Source: an uncultured Acidobacteriota bacterium (GTDB lineage: Bacteria; Acidobacteriota; UBA6911). Taken from it: a stretch of 64,000 bases of DNA. Positions within the stretch are counted from its first letter, which is position 1; every line of letters begins with the position of its first letter. Of this stretch, positions 18,962 to 29,474 are shown in pieces. The notes below the pieces were generated by a model. It was not told the DNA's origin, did no database searches, and saw only the letters and a list, made by a program, of their open reading frames with translations. The translations under genes were made by a program, and so were the position numbers. Location: NCBI GenBank assembly GCA_963809485.1, contig CAWEJX010000020.1:128001-192000 (forward strand), in the 5' to 3' direction.

Positions 18962-19006
18962 CTCATAATCCGAAGGTCGATGGTTCAAATCCATCCCCCG
19001 CAACCA
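18962..19006 (+). repeat. tRNA-fMet 3' fragment (att-like site)
   Basis: CTCATAATCCGAAGGTCGATGGTTCAAATCCATCCCCCGCAACCA begins at the anticodon loop; 37/45 identical to the tRNA 3' half. Confidence 0.85.
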
Positions 19007-19020
19007 AGCAATCATATTCA

Positions 19021-19042
19021 GCCGCCGCAAGGAGGCTTTTTA
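19021..19042 (+). terminator. Probable intrinsic terminator
   Basis: GCCGCC-GCAA-GGAGGC followed by TTTTT, just after the tRNA fragment. Confidence 0.6.
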
Positions 19043-19106
19043 TTGCAGTCATGGTTTTGAGCTCGCTCTGTGTAATAATGCAGATCCAGCCGCGAGGATT
19101 TGCCAA

Positions 19107-20291
19107 ATGGAAGAGAATCCCGGTAAAAAGCAACTGCTGCTAGTCGTCTTGTCCATCGCAAGCCTGGTATTTGGTTCCAAGGCGATTGCTCCCGCTCTTG
19201 CCGATATCGCGAAAGCCTTCCCGGACAGGAGTCCCCAGACAATTCAGATGATTCTGGTTGTACCCTCCCTGCTGATCATGGTTTCTACCTTGATCTGCGG
19301 ACATCTCTCGCGCCACCTGGGGAAAAAGACCCTGGTGGTGATTGGAATGCTTCTCTTCGGAATCGGAGGAATCAGTCCCGCGTTTTTCGGCGACCTGGGT
19401 TTTCTGCTGGTGATGATGGGAGTATTTGGCGCGGGGAGCGGATTCCTGGTGCCGCTTTCTCAATCGCTGGTGGCGGACTATTTTGAGGGGCGCGAGAGAG
19501 AAGAATTCATGGGGTACCGGAGTTCGAATGCAGCCATCTTCGGAATGCTCTTTGCTTTGCTCGGCGGCTCTCTGTGCGCAATTCACTGGCGGCTCACATT
19601 CCTTTCGTTCCTGATAGTCGTCCCGATGCTGGCATTCGTTCTGTGGAAAATGCCGCAGCCTGTTATCAAGAGCACCGTTGCAAAAAATACCCTGGCCGCT
19701 TCATTGACCGGCAAGATGTGGTTTTACATTACCGGTTATTTTCTTTACAACGTTGTCGGAATCTCGGTCGCCACCAACGCCGCTTTTGTCATGTCGGGGT
19801 GCGGAATCGGCACACGAACCATAGGAATTATCATGACAATATCCTCCGGCGGGTCGATTCTAGCCGGATTACTGCTCGGCCGCGTCACAAAATTACTCGG
19901 GTTTCGAACGCTTGCGTTTGCGATGGCTTTTCTTGCCACCGGCTTTGTCCTTCTGAATTTTGTCGAGACACCCGCCACGTTTATTTTGGCCTCGGCCCTT
20001 TACGGTTTTGGATTCGGGATCTTTACCCCGACCATGGTGTTGAACATAATCGGCAGCGTCCCCAGGCACGCGACAACACTCGCTCTGTCGATCGCTTCCT
20101 GCGGGATGGGCGTGGGGCAATTCGCCTCGCCCGTGACATTTTCTTTCGTCAACGGGTTGTTTGGATTGCGGGGCCCGAGGGCTTCCTGGGTGGTGGCTGC
20201 CTTTTGCTTCACGGCAGCATTCCTGATCATCTTTGCGGCAACGGTCTTCTTTCCGAGAAAAGCCGCTGAGACTTCGGGCTTTCGAGGTTGA
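19107..20291 (+). CDS. MFS transporter (12 TM)
   Basis: GHLSRHLGKK motif A variant, ADYFEGRER, WRLTFL. Confidence 0.88.
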   Translation: MEENPGKKQLLLVVLSIASLVFGSKAIAPALADIAKAFPDRSPQTIQMILVVPSLLIMVSTLICGHLSRHLGKKTLVVIGMLLFGIGGISPAFFGDLGFLLVMMGVFGAGSGFLVPLSQSLVADYFEGREREEFMGYRSSNAAIFGMLFALLGGSLCAIHWRLTFLSFLIVVPMLAFVLWKMPQPVIKSTVAKNTLAASLTGKMWFYITGYFLYNVVGISVATNAAFVMSGCGIGTRTIGIIMTISSGGSILAGLLLGRVTKLLGFRTLAFAMAFLATGFVLLNFVETPATFILASALYGFGFGIFTPTMVLNIIGSVPRHATTLALSIASCGMGVGQFASPVTFSFVNGLFGLRGPRASWVVAAFCFTAAFLIIFAATVFFPRKAAETSGFRG

Positions 20292-20727
20292 ACCTCGAAA
20301 ACCCGAAAACCCTAAGACTCCCTAAATTTTTAAAGTTAACGGAGAATGCCTGCAGGAACAGAAGAGAGGTAGAGCCAGGAGCCCCACTTCTCATCAGGAG
20401 TGCCTCCTCGGCAAAAAGTATGCGTTTCTCGTACATGCCTGGAATACTCCTCAAAGGCAAGCTGGTTCCCCGAAAAGAGGGGCAGAGCGAGAGGCTCGGA
20501 TCCCGGAGCACTGCGGCTATGATGAGAGCTTTGCGCCTGTAAACCGGTCAGCCGTGCGATGCAGGATTCCCGAAATGCTGCTCCATTCTCAAAAGTGTTG
20601 AAAACCGCCTGGGTTGAAAAATATAGTGGGGCTACGCCACCGGCGAACAATAGCAGCACCCTATGGCCATTTTGGTAAATTAAATGTAATCTCGCATTTA
20701 TGAAACTTGGCTGGGACAGGAGGTCCT

Positions 20728-21871
20728 ATGAAATATAAGTCATCACGGAGAGAATTCCTGCAAGCAGGATTGGCAATGCCTGCCGCCGGGCTCATCTCTT
20801 CACACAGTTTGGAGGCGTTTTCTCAAGCACCTGCCGATGTTATCTATAGAACGCTGGGCAAGACAGGGCTGAAGGTCTCCGCTGTCGGGTACGGCCTGGG
20901 ATACGATCCCGAGCCCGACATCATTGCGCGCTGCATCGATTTGGGCATCAACTATTTCGATACATCGCTTGATTACGCGCAGGGAGGCAGCGAGCGGATC
21001 CTTGGCGCTGCCATTAAGGGTAAAAGGGACAAAGCTGTGATATCCACCAAAACTCCATCGAGAACCAAGGCGGATATATTGAAAAATATCGATGCCAGCC
21101 TGCAGAATCTCGGAACAGACTATGTGGACGTCTATCACCTGCATGCCCGGGACACACCGCAAAGAGCCCCCGAGGAAGCAATCGAGGCCTTGCAGATCCT
21201 CAAACAACAGGGAAAAGTCCGCGCGATTGGGTTCAGCTGTCATGATCCGAATAACATGGCGGACTACGCAATCAAGTGCAAGTTGGACGTCGTGCAGACC
21301 ACTTACAGCTATGCGATCGGGGCGCCCTTCAGGGATGCGGCAATAAAAAAACTCGATGAGGCCGGCATCGGCGTGATAGCAATGAAGGTGATTATAGGGT
21401 TAACCACGGCACCCAAAGGATAGGTCGCAAAAACCCAAGCTGAAAGCCGAGGAGACTCCTATTGCGGCACTCAGGTGGGTTCTCAGGAATCCGGCAATTG
21501 ACACAACGGTTCCGCATCACGGGAGCGTCAAAGAGGTTGAGATGAATGTCCGGGCGATGACAGGATCGTACGCTCCGGCCGACGAGAAGCTTTTGTACGT
21601 GCGTAATGAAGAGAACCGCCCCTATTACTGCCGCATGTGTTACCAATGCAACGGCCAGTGCCCAAGGGGTGTGCCTGTTACAGACGAGTTGCGTTTTCTG
21701 GCTTACCACGACTTCGGTCGCAGCCTCTATCAAGCGCGCCTGAGTTTCATGGACCTGCCCAGGAAAATCCGCGACGTGCGTTGCAGCGATTGCTCTTCCT
21801 GCGTCATTCAGTGCCCGAACGGAGTCATGGTCCGGGAGCGGCTGATCCGCGCGCAAGATCTTCTGGCGTAG
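20728..21871 (+). pseudogene. Fe-S aldo/keto reductase paralog with a frameshift at ~21404-21420 (pseudogene or assembly indel)
   Basis: ORF 20728..21423 and the +1 frame (..SQKPKLKAEETPIAALRWVLRNP.. through 21871) together align end-to-end with 12857..13999. Confidence 0.85.
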
Positions 21872-22162
21872 TTTTTGCGATGTCGTGATGGAAAGCTCCT
21901 GGTATTAAATCGAAGGCATGCAGGCAGACATATTGCATGTTATCTGCCGTCGAATATGGCGCATTAGCCTTCATCGCCGCCGAATCCAGCCAGAACGGCC
22001 GGTTTGAAGCCGGAATGGAATAGTTACAGCTTGAAATAGGACCGGGCCTCCCGCAGTCGGTGTGTTCTTAAATATACATGATTGCATTAGACTGAAGAGG
22101 CGAGCCGCTATTCGCCCGTACTCAGCGACCATCGCCAGATAACTTACAGTAAACACCCTATC

Positions 22163-25100
22163 ATGGACATTCGGATAAGGGGCGCGAACGAGCACAATCT
22201 CAAGCATGTGGACGTCAGGTTCGGGGACGGACTTACGGTGGTGACGGGTGTTTCGGGATCAGGGAAAACGTCGCTGGTTTTCGACACGCTCTACCACGAA
22301 TCGAACAGGCGCTTCCTCGATGTGTACCTTTACGGCAAAAGCCGGCAAAGACTCGTTCCCGCGCGCGTCGAATCGATCAGCGGCCTTGGGCCTGCAATAG
22401 CTGTGGGCCAAAATCTACTTAACCGCAATCCAGGTTCCACCCTGGCGACGGCATCGGGGCTTCACCCGTTTTTGCGCCTGCTCTATGCAAATTTTGGCGT
22501 GCGCCATTGCCTCAAATGCGGGAACCCTTTGAGAATATTTACCGAGGGCGAGATCGCCGAGCATTTGGTTTCGGCATCCAGGCACGGGCCGGTCGCCCTT
22601 TTCGCTCCGCTCATGAGTAACGCAGCCGGAAGCCATAAAACCCTTCTGTCCATTTTGGCCGGGACATTCGGCAAAGACAAATTGCTGGTTGACGGGAAAT
22701 CATGGAACCGGAAACCGGTCGACCCGCTGAAACTCCATTCCATAGAAATCAGCATGGGAATGGTCGACGGCAGGATGCCGGCAAAAACCATTCGGAAAGG
22801 GGTCCAGGAGATCGTTGCTTTGGGCGCCGGATCGGTTCTACTTCGCGGTCCGGAAGGCCCTGAAACGCTGTCCGTCACACAGCGCTGCAGCGTATGCGGG
22901 AGCGGCTTCAAGGAATTGAGCGCAAGTCACTTCAATCAATCCTGCCCTTTTTGCGAGGCCAAAGGGTGCGGCCAATGCGGCCATACAGGCATGCACCCGC
23001 AAGCCGCATCAGTCCGATGGGAAAAGATGAGATTGCCGCAACTCCTGGAGTTGTCGGCAGCAGCAGCCGGGGAATTGTTCGGAAGAGCCTCGCTTCCCTC
23101 AGCCGCTGACCGCCTACGTTCCGAGATTCTCAAGCGTATTGGCGCGCTCGAAAAGGTCGGGCTGGGATACCTTTCCCTTAACCGCACTGCGCCCTCACTA
23201 TCGCGCGGCGAGTCCCAGAGGGTGAGGCTTGCCATTTCACTGTGCGGCCGACTGGAGGACATGCTTCATGTGCTCGACGAACCCACCATAGGCCAGCATC
23301 CTGCAGATCTCGAGAGGTTCCTTCCGGCATTCCGCGAACTTGCGGGTCCCGTCATTTACGTTGAGCATGACAGGGCGGCGGCGGCGGCTGCGGATCATGC
23401 CATTGATATGGGACCTGAAGCCGGAAAGAACGGGGGCAACGTGATATTCAGCGGTTCGCCTGAAGAATTGTGGCGGGCCAATACACCCACCGGACGGTAC
23501 TTCAGCCTGCGCGAACAGGTGATGACGCCGAAGCCGAGGTCCGAGCCCGACAGATTCATGACAGTCCGAAAGGCGAACGCCCATAACCTGAGAAACATTG
23601 ATGTCCGCATACCTCTGAGCAGGCTCACCGTCATAACGGGCGTTTCAGGATCCGGGAAAAGCACCCTTGTTGAAGATGTAATCTTGCCGACATTGCTTGG
23701 AAATACTCCGGTCGGATGCAACTCCATCCAAGGTCCTGGCATGAAACCGGTCATGGTTGACCAGAGTCCCATCGGCAGAAATCCCCGATCGAATCCAGCC
23801 ACTTACACCGGGCTTTCGGACATCATTCGCGATATCTTTGCCGAGGCATCCGGACTATCCAAGTCGTATTTTTCCTTTAACCGTCCCGAAGGCGCGTGTG
23901 AAAACTGTGATGGGATAGGTGCGACAGAGATGCAGATGCGCTACCTGCCTTCAGTCTGGATTCCATGCGAGAAATGCAGCGGCCTGCAGTTCAACGAGCA
24001 GGCTCTGAACGCCACGATGAAGATGGGGGATAGGAATCTGTCCGTCGCTGAGCTATATAGCCTTCCCATTCAAGATGTGAGCGGATTGTTGTCTGAGACG
24101 TCCCTGTATTCCTCCTCATAAAAGGAAAGCAGACGGCATTCTGAAGGCCTTTACCGACCTCGGGCTTGGATACCTGCAGCTCGGCCAGCCTTCGACTACG
24201 CTCTCGGGAGGCGAGGCACAAAGGGTAAAGCTCACCAAATATCTCGGCAGGAACCATCTGGAGAACCATCTGCTTATTCTGGACGAACCGTCAACTGGCC
24301 TGCATCCCAGGGACCTCGACGGCTTGCTGATTGTGCTCGATCGTCTTGTGCGGAACGGCGCCACTATTTTGGTGGTCGAGCACAATACGGATTTCATCAG
24401 AGCTGCGGACTGGATTGTGGATCTGGGACCCGGGGCCGGCCCCATGGGAGGTATGCTGCTTTACGAAGGCCCTCCGGCCGGAATCTATAAGGTGAAATCA
24501 TCCCTTACCGGCAAGGCGCTAAAGCTTGAAAAAAGCATTCAGCCCCGCAAGCCGGATAAGATTGAAAAAGCTGCCGCGGGAATGATCCGCATCAGGAACG
24601 CAAGGGCGAACAACCTCAGGGGAGTGCACGTTGACATACCTAAAAATAAGTTGACCGTGGTCACCGGAGTATCCGGTTCAGGGAAATCCAGCCTGGTCGG
24701 AAACGTGCTGGAAGCCGAGGCTCGCCGGCGTTTTCTCGAGTCATTGTCCATGTACGAACGCCAGAGCGTAAGCGAGGGGCCGCAGGCTCCGGTAGACAGC
24801 ATATCGGGCCTTGGCGTTACCTTGAGTCTGAAACAGAGCCTTCCCCGGCCCATATCTGGAGCCAGATTTCCATGTACACACGCCGGAGCAGCGTGGGAGC
24901 GGTCACGGAACTGCGGCACCATCTCGCCAATGTACTTGCGTCGATGGGCGAGCGGAAATGCATGAAGTGCGGCTCCCCGATGGTAAAGAAGGAACAATGG
25001 GTATGCCATGAGTGCAAAGCAACGGCATCCATCGCAAAAGGCGATCATTTTACAGGCAGCCATTATTCAAGTTCCTGCGGCAAATGCAGTGGGATCGGAA

Positions 25101-27055
25101 GCCTGCAAGTGCCTCACCCTGAAAAATTGATCATACATCCGGACAAGCCGCTGGCTGGAGGAGCCATGTATTCGCCGGGATATTTTCCGGAAACATACCT
25201 TTGCCAGGATAACCCTATAATACCGGCGATCGGGCAGCATTACGGATTCGATCCGTTTACGGTTCCCTGGAATGAAATGCCTGAAGAAGCGAAGAACGCC
25301 TTCCTCTTCGGCGACGGCCATACCTATACGCTGAACTATTTAAGCAAATCCGCAAACATCAAGGGTCAGGAAAGAACAAGAGAACTGCAGTGGCATGGAT
25401 TCTATGGAAAGAATTTGGCGCTGGCTGACTGGGATTTTCACGGTACCTATACCAGCCAGACGCCGTGCCCTCAGTGCGAAGGAACCGGATATAAACCCGA
25501 ATATCTGGCCATGACTCTGGCAGGAAAAAATATCTTCGAGCTCAGCGAAATGCCGCTCGCGGAACTGGCTGAGCTTGTAAAACAGATTCCCAAACCTCGC
25601 CCGGGATTGCCTCTGGTGGAATCAAGCCTCTCGACTATTTCAAAGCGGCTTCGATTCCTGCGCCAGGTCGGCGTCGGCTATCTGAATATGAACCGCCCCG
25701 CAGGGACGCTGTCGGCAGGGGAAGCCCAAAGAATACAGCTTGCCAGCCTTCTGGGCAGCGGCCTTACCTCATTGACAATTTTGGCCGACGAGCCGTCCAG
25801 GGGCATGCATCCCTCGGAACTCGAGGCGCTGAGAGACGCGCTGTTCGAACTGCGCGACGCCAAAAATACCGTCATTGTTGTGGAACACGATATGCTGATG
25901 ATCCGCGCGGCTGATCATGTGATTGACCTGGGGCCCGGCGCAGGTGCGTTGGGCGGAACGGTTGTCGCAAAAGGCAGACCGGAGGACATCATTAAAGCAA
26001 AAAGCGTTACGGGCAGATGGCTCATGAAAACAAACGGCAAACGCCGGCAGCCGGAAAAAATGCGGGACAGGAGAAAGCCAAAAGCCTGGATGACGCTCAG
26101 GGGGGCCAGGGAAAACAATCTCAAGGAGGAAACCGTAAAGTTCCCAATGGGTGTATTAATGGGAGTTTGCGGCGTATCGGGGTCCGGGAAAAGCACTTTG
26201 CTTATAGATACTGTCGGCAGAACGCTTGTCAAAAAATATCAGACATCCTCTATCGCCCACGAACCGGTCAAATCCGGAGCCCACGATTCCATTGAGAACA
26301 AACCCTGCAATACCATAATCATTGACCAGACCAGGAGGGAAATCTGGAGTCCGGCCAAATTTCTTGGCCTGGATAGGCCGATGATGAGGATTTTTTCCGA
26401 AAGTGACGACGCGCAGGCGCTGGGCATGAAGGATCTGGAATCCGGCGCACGATGCTCATCCTGCTGCGGCTGGGGATATAAAAGGATCAAGATGGGATTT
26501 TTGCCGGATGAATATGTCGAATGCGAAGCGTGCAGGGCCTCTGGGTTCAGTCCCGAAGCCTGGGACATACAGGTCCACGGAGTGCCTCTGCCTCAAGTCA
26601 ACTCTATGACAATTGACGAGGTATACGAACAGTTCCGGGAAGAAAGAAACCTATCGAACTCTCTGAAGATTGTAAGGCAGGTAGGCTTAGGATACCTCGT
26701 GTGGAACCAGCCGGGTCAGGCTCTGTCCGGCGGAGAGGCACAGCGCCTCAAGATTGCAAAAGAGCTGCATAAAAGGGCCAATGACCCGACACTGTACATC
26801 CTGGACGAACCCACACTCGGGCTTCACATGGAGGATGTCAGCCGGCTGGTTCAGGTGCTCAACCTGCTGGTTGATGCCGGGCATACCGTTGCGGTGATAG
26901 AGCATCATCCCTATGTGCTGGCCGCGTGCGACTGGCTCATCGAGCTCGGGCCGGGCGGAGGGCCGGAAGGAGGCAGGGTGATTGCGCAAGGGCCTCCGGA
27001 AGCGGTAATGAATAAGAATACGCCTACAGCGCCCTATCTGAGGGAATTGCTTTGA
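22163..27055 (+). pseudogene. uvrA: Double-length UvrA-family ABC ATPase, split by two frameshifts (~24100-24120 and ~24840-24855)
   Basis: Four Walker A motifs (GVSGSGKT/S), four signature motifs (LSRGESQR, LSGGEAQR, LSAGEAQR, LSGGEAQR), zinc-finger CxxC pairs; homology continues across the frame changes (KAFTDLGLGYLQLGQPSTTLSGG after 24120). Confidence 0.85.
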
Positions 27056-27061
27056 AAAAAG

Positions 27062-27153
27062 GAACAGCAGAATGTCGAATATTGAATTTCGAACCGCAGA
27101 AGTCTGCAGCAGCCCCGTCCTTCGAAATTCTTCATTTCAATATTCAACAGTTC
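27062..27153. repeat. Heptamer-arm hairpin element H1
   Basis: GAATGTC GAATATT GAATTTC GAACCGCAGAAGT, spacer, then inverted arm CTTCGAAATTCTTCATTTCAATATTCAACAGTTC. Confidence 0.75.
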
Positions 27154-27275
27154 GCTTTGGACTGTAAGCTTTTCTTCATGTGTCACCGGGTGCGTCACGG
27201 GCGCGTAAAGAACTGTTCATGTAAAAATACAATTTGGCACAGTTGACAAAATTTGTTTGTTGCAGGAGCCGACGA

Positions 27276-28322
27276 ATGGCCGTGTGGACGCCTCTTTTGC
27301 TTGCGGATCCATCGCCCTGTTTACGTTTGCTTGTGCTTCGCGAATTATTGGGCTGCGACCAATCCGACGATGAATTCAGGGAACTTCAGCTGCTCCGGAA
27401 AAAGGACCCGTGGGCGCTCAAATTCCTGGCCTTACAGAACAGGGACGGATCGTTCCGCAGAGGTGAAGACGCCACGAGCCGGCAGGGATCGATCCGCATG
27501 ACGGCCCAGGCGTTGGCAGGCCTGGGATACCTGGGGCTGGGACCGGATCATCCTGCAGTCACAAAAGGTGCGGAATTTCTCTTTTCTCAGCAGCAGGACG
27601 ACGGCTCATGGCCTCTCGGTGTGGAAGATGAACTAAAGGATCCGGATCAAAAAGAGAATATCAAATATCACGTGATACCGCTTCAAACGGCTTTGCCTCT
27701 GCTCGGCCTGGCCCGCGCCGGCTTGGCAACAGATCCGCGCTCGGAACGAGGCTATGACTGGCTCGAGAAAAAGTCTTTGCCTGAAGGAGGATGGCCCGCG
27801 GGAATGCATAACGACGCTTACATCGGGGCTGCCGGATACAGGCGCCTTGCGCATTCGAAATTCGGGTGCAGGACAAATACCACGGCAGCGGTCGGCGCTC
27901 TGGCTCTTCACCCCGCACGCTCGCGCAGCGACATCGCCAGAAGAGGGCTCGACCTGCTCCTGGCTCATGAATATCATCATGCGCACACGCTAGGCTTTGA
28001 AGTCGCAAGGACGATTGGGGCCGTGCCGGTGCGCGGGTTTGGCACACTCTATAAACGATACGACGTCGGGCAGATGCTGGATCTTTCGTGGCGCATGGGG
28101 GCGAACACGTCGGATGAACGCATAGCGGAGCAGGTGAAATTCGTCAAGGAACTGCAGGGGCCTTACGGTTTGTGGGGGTTTTCCTCCAATCCCGAAGCGT
28201 CACGCTGGATCACTTTCGATCTTCTGCGTTCCCTCTCGAGGCTTGACAGGGAAACCGGCTGGATCAGCATGCAACCGCGCACGCCATTCCAGCCGTATCC
28301 GAAAAAGATAAAGCGATATTGA
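27276..28322 (+). CDS. Prenyltransferase/squalene-cyclase repeat (QW motif) protein
   Basis: LQNRDGSF, QQDDGSWP, PEGGWP, LQGPYGLW repeats; RBS AGGAG. Confidence 0.75.
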   Translation: MAVWTPLLLADPSPCLRLLVLRELLGCDQSDDEFRELQLLRKKDPWALKFLALQNRDGSFRRGEDATSRQGSIRMTAQALAGLGYLGLGPDHPAVTKGAEFLFSQQQDDGSWPLGVEDELKDPDQKENIKYHVIPLQTALPLLGLARAGLATDPRSERGYDWLEKKSLPEGGWPAGMHNDAYIGAAGYRRLAHSKFGCRTNTTAAVGALALHPARSRSDIARRGLDLLLAHEYHHAHTLGFEVARTIGAVPVRGFGTLYKRYDVGQMLDLSWRMGANTSDERIAEQVKFVKELQGPYGLWGFSSNPEASRWITFDLLRSLSRLDRETGWISMQPRTPFQPYPKKIKRY

Positions 28323-28502
28323 ACTACTGCGGGCCTAAGCCGATGAGCCTTAATCGCGGCTGCCCTCAGCTGCCCACTGGGCAACGGCACAGTGAATGGC
28401 GGATTTCTATGCGACAGTTCTATCACACGGAATTATTGCTTACCCGGCATGTGGGATCCTGGCAGCTGAAAAAAGCCCTAGCCCATGCCATTCCGACATA
28501 AT

Positions 28503-29474
28503 TCAGACGGGAATCCCGGACTCACAGGGGACGCCGGTCTGGCAGAAACCGCAGCCGTAGGCCTTTTGGGGGAGGCCCAGTTGCTTGACTGCATACTCGC
28601 GTGTGACCATGCATTGACTGGCGCACGCCTTCTTGTCATGACCGGATTTCGTAACCGCGCCGCCGGGGCAACGACCTATGCACATGCCGCATATACCTTT
28701 GGCATAATGGAGGCAATAGGCATGATGATCTTTATAAGGGCGCGGGGTTGGCGGAACCTTGATCCGCGCCACGACTGAAGCGCATCGGATTGCTTTCCCC
28801 TTAGGCGTGATCAAGCCGTCGCATAGGCCGAAAGTCCCAAGGCCGGAAGCATAGGCCGCATGCCGTTCCGACCACGGTGTGGAAAAGCCGTACTTTGCAT
28901 TAACCGCTTGCGTGTTGAAATTTTTTGTAAGAATGGGAACAACTGCGGGATATCCTGATTTCGTGAGCGTGTCGGCGACATGACTGCTTAGTTCATCGAT
29001 AAACTCGCCGCCATAAAACCGCGCCCGGATCCATTTCTCCGATGGCGTCTTCGTTTGTTTGCGCAGATCGGCTTTGATCGACTCTGTGTGAGGCAGAATC
29101 CAGGAAATAATCGACAACTCATCGGGTTTTGCGGAGATTTCAGGATAGGTCATTTTAAAAATTTCCAGCGGAGTCCAGTAAAAGGAACCGATATCTTCCT
29201 TGAAAAATTGATAAATGTCATCGTCCCCTCGCGAGAAGCCGACCAGCGGTTCAGCCCACGCCTTTTCGTTTTCGGCATTCCGGATCGAGTTTGCCGGGGA
29301 TTTTGCCACGTAGTCTGCAATGAGCGATGTAATGGAGGCGGCATCCGTCGCATTAGCCGGATTCTCCGAAGCGGTTGCCGCGCAATGATTGGCGGCTAAA
29401 CCAACCAGTCCGGCGACCGCCGTGCTTTGTGCCGATACTCTCAAAAATTCTCTCCGATCCAATTTCAGTTTCAT
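28503..29474 (-). CDS. QueG/reductive-dehalogenase-like 4Fe-4S protein with twin-arginine motif
   Basis: DRREFL plus hydrophobic segment; WSERHAAYASGLGTFG; CLH..CGMCIGRCP..CASQC..CGFCQTGVPC. Confidence 0.8.
   Translation of the reverse strand: MKLKLDRREFLRVSAQSTAVAGLVGLAANHCAATASENPANATDAASITSLIADYVAKSPANSIRNAENEKAWAEPLVGFSRGDDDIYQFFKEDIGSFYWTPLEIFKMTYPEISAKPDELSIISWILPHTESIKADLRKQTKTPSEKWIRARFYGGEFIDELSSHVADTLTKSGYPAVVPILTKNFNTQAVNAKYGFSTPWSERHAAYASGLGTFGLCDGLITPKGKAIRCASVVARIKVPPTPRPYKDHHAYCLHYAKGICGMCIGRCPGGAVTKSGHDKKACASQCMVTREYAVKQLGLPQKAYGCGFCQTGVPCESGIPV

Larger units (their letters stand above)
16610..19006. mobile_element. Degenerate genomic islet integrated at tRNA-fMet (no integrase)
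   Basis: Bounded by the intact tRNA and a tRNA 3' fragment at 18962..19006; visibly more AT-rich; carries TA pair, pRiA4b ORF3 and a gene fragment. Confidence 0.75.

Noticed and set aside
18930-19006. A second complete tRNA-Met
   Set aside because: No acceptor 5' strand or D-arm upstream of CTCATAA; only the 3' half is present.
20336-20659. 107-aa minus-strand ORF between MFS and AKR
   Set aside because: No clear RBS or recognisable motif; cannot be supported.
21421-21423. Pyrrolysine readthrough of TAG in the second AKR
   Set aside because: Homology to the paralog resumes in a different frame, so this is a frameshift rather than readthrough.
27062-27153. CRISPR array from the periodic GAAT repeats (also 34658, 60325 and the TCAGCG arrays)
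   Set aside because: Periods are 7-12 bp with no 25-40 bp unique spacers; no cas genes.
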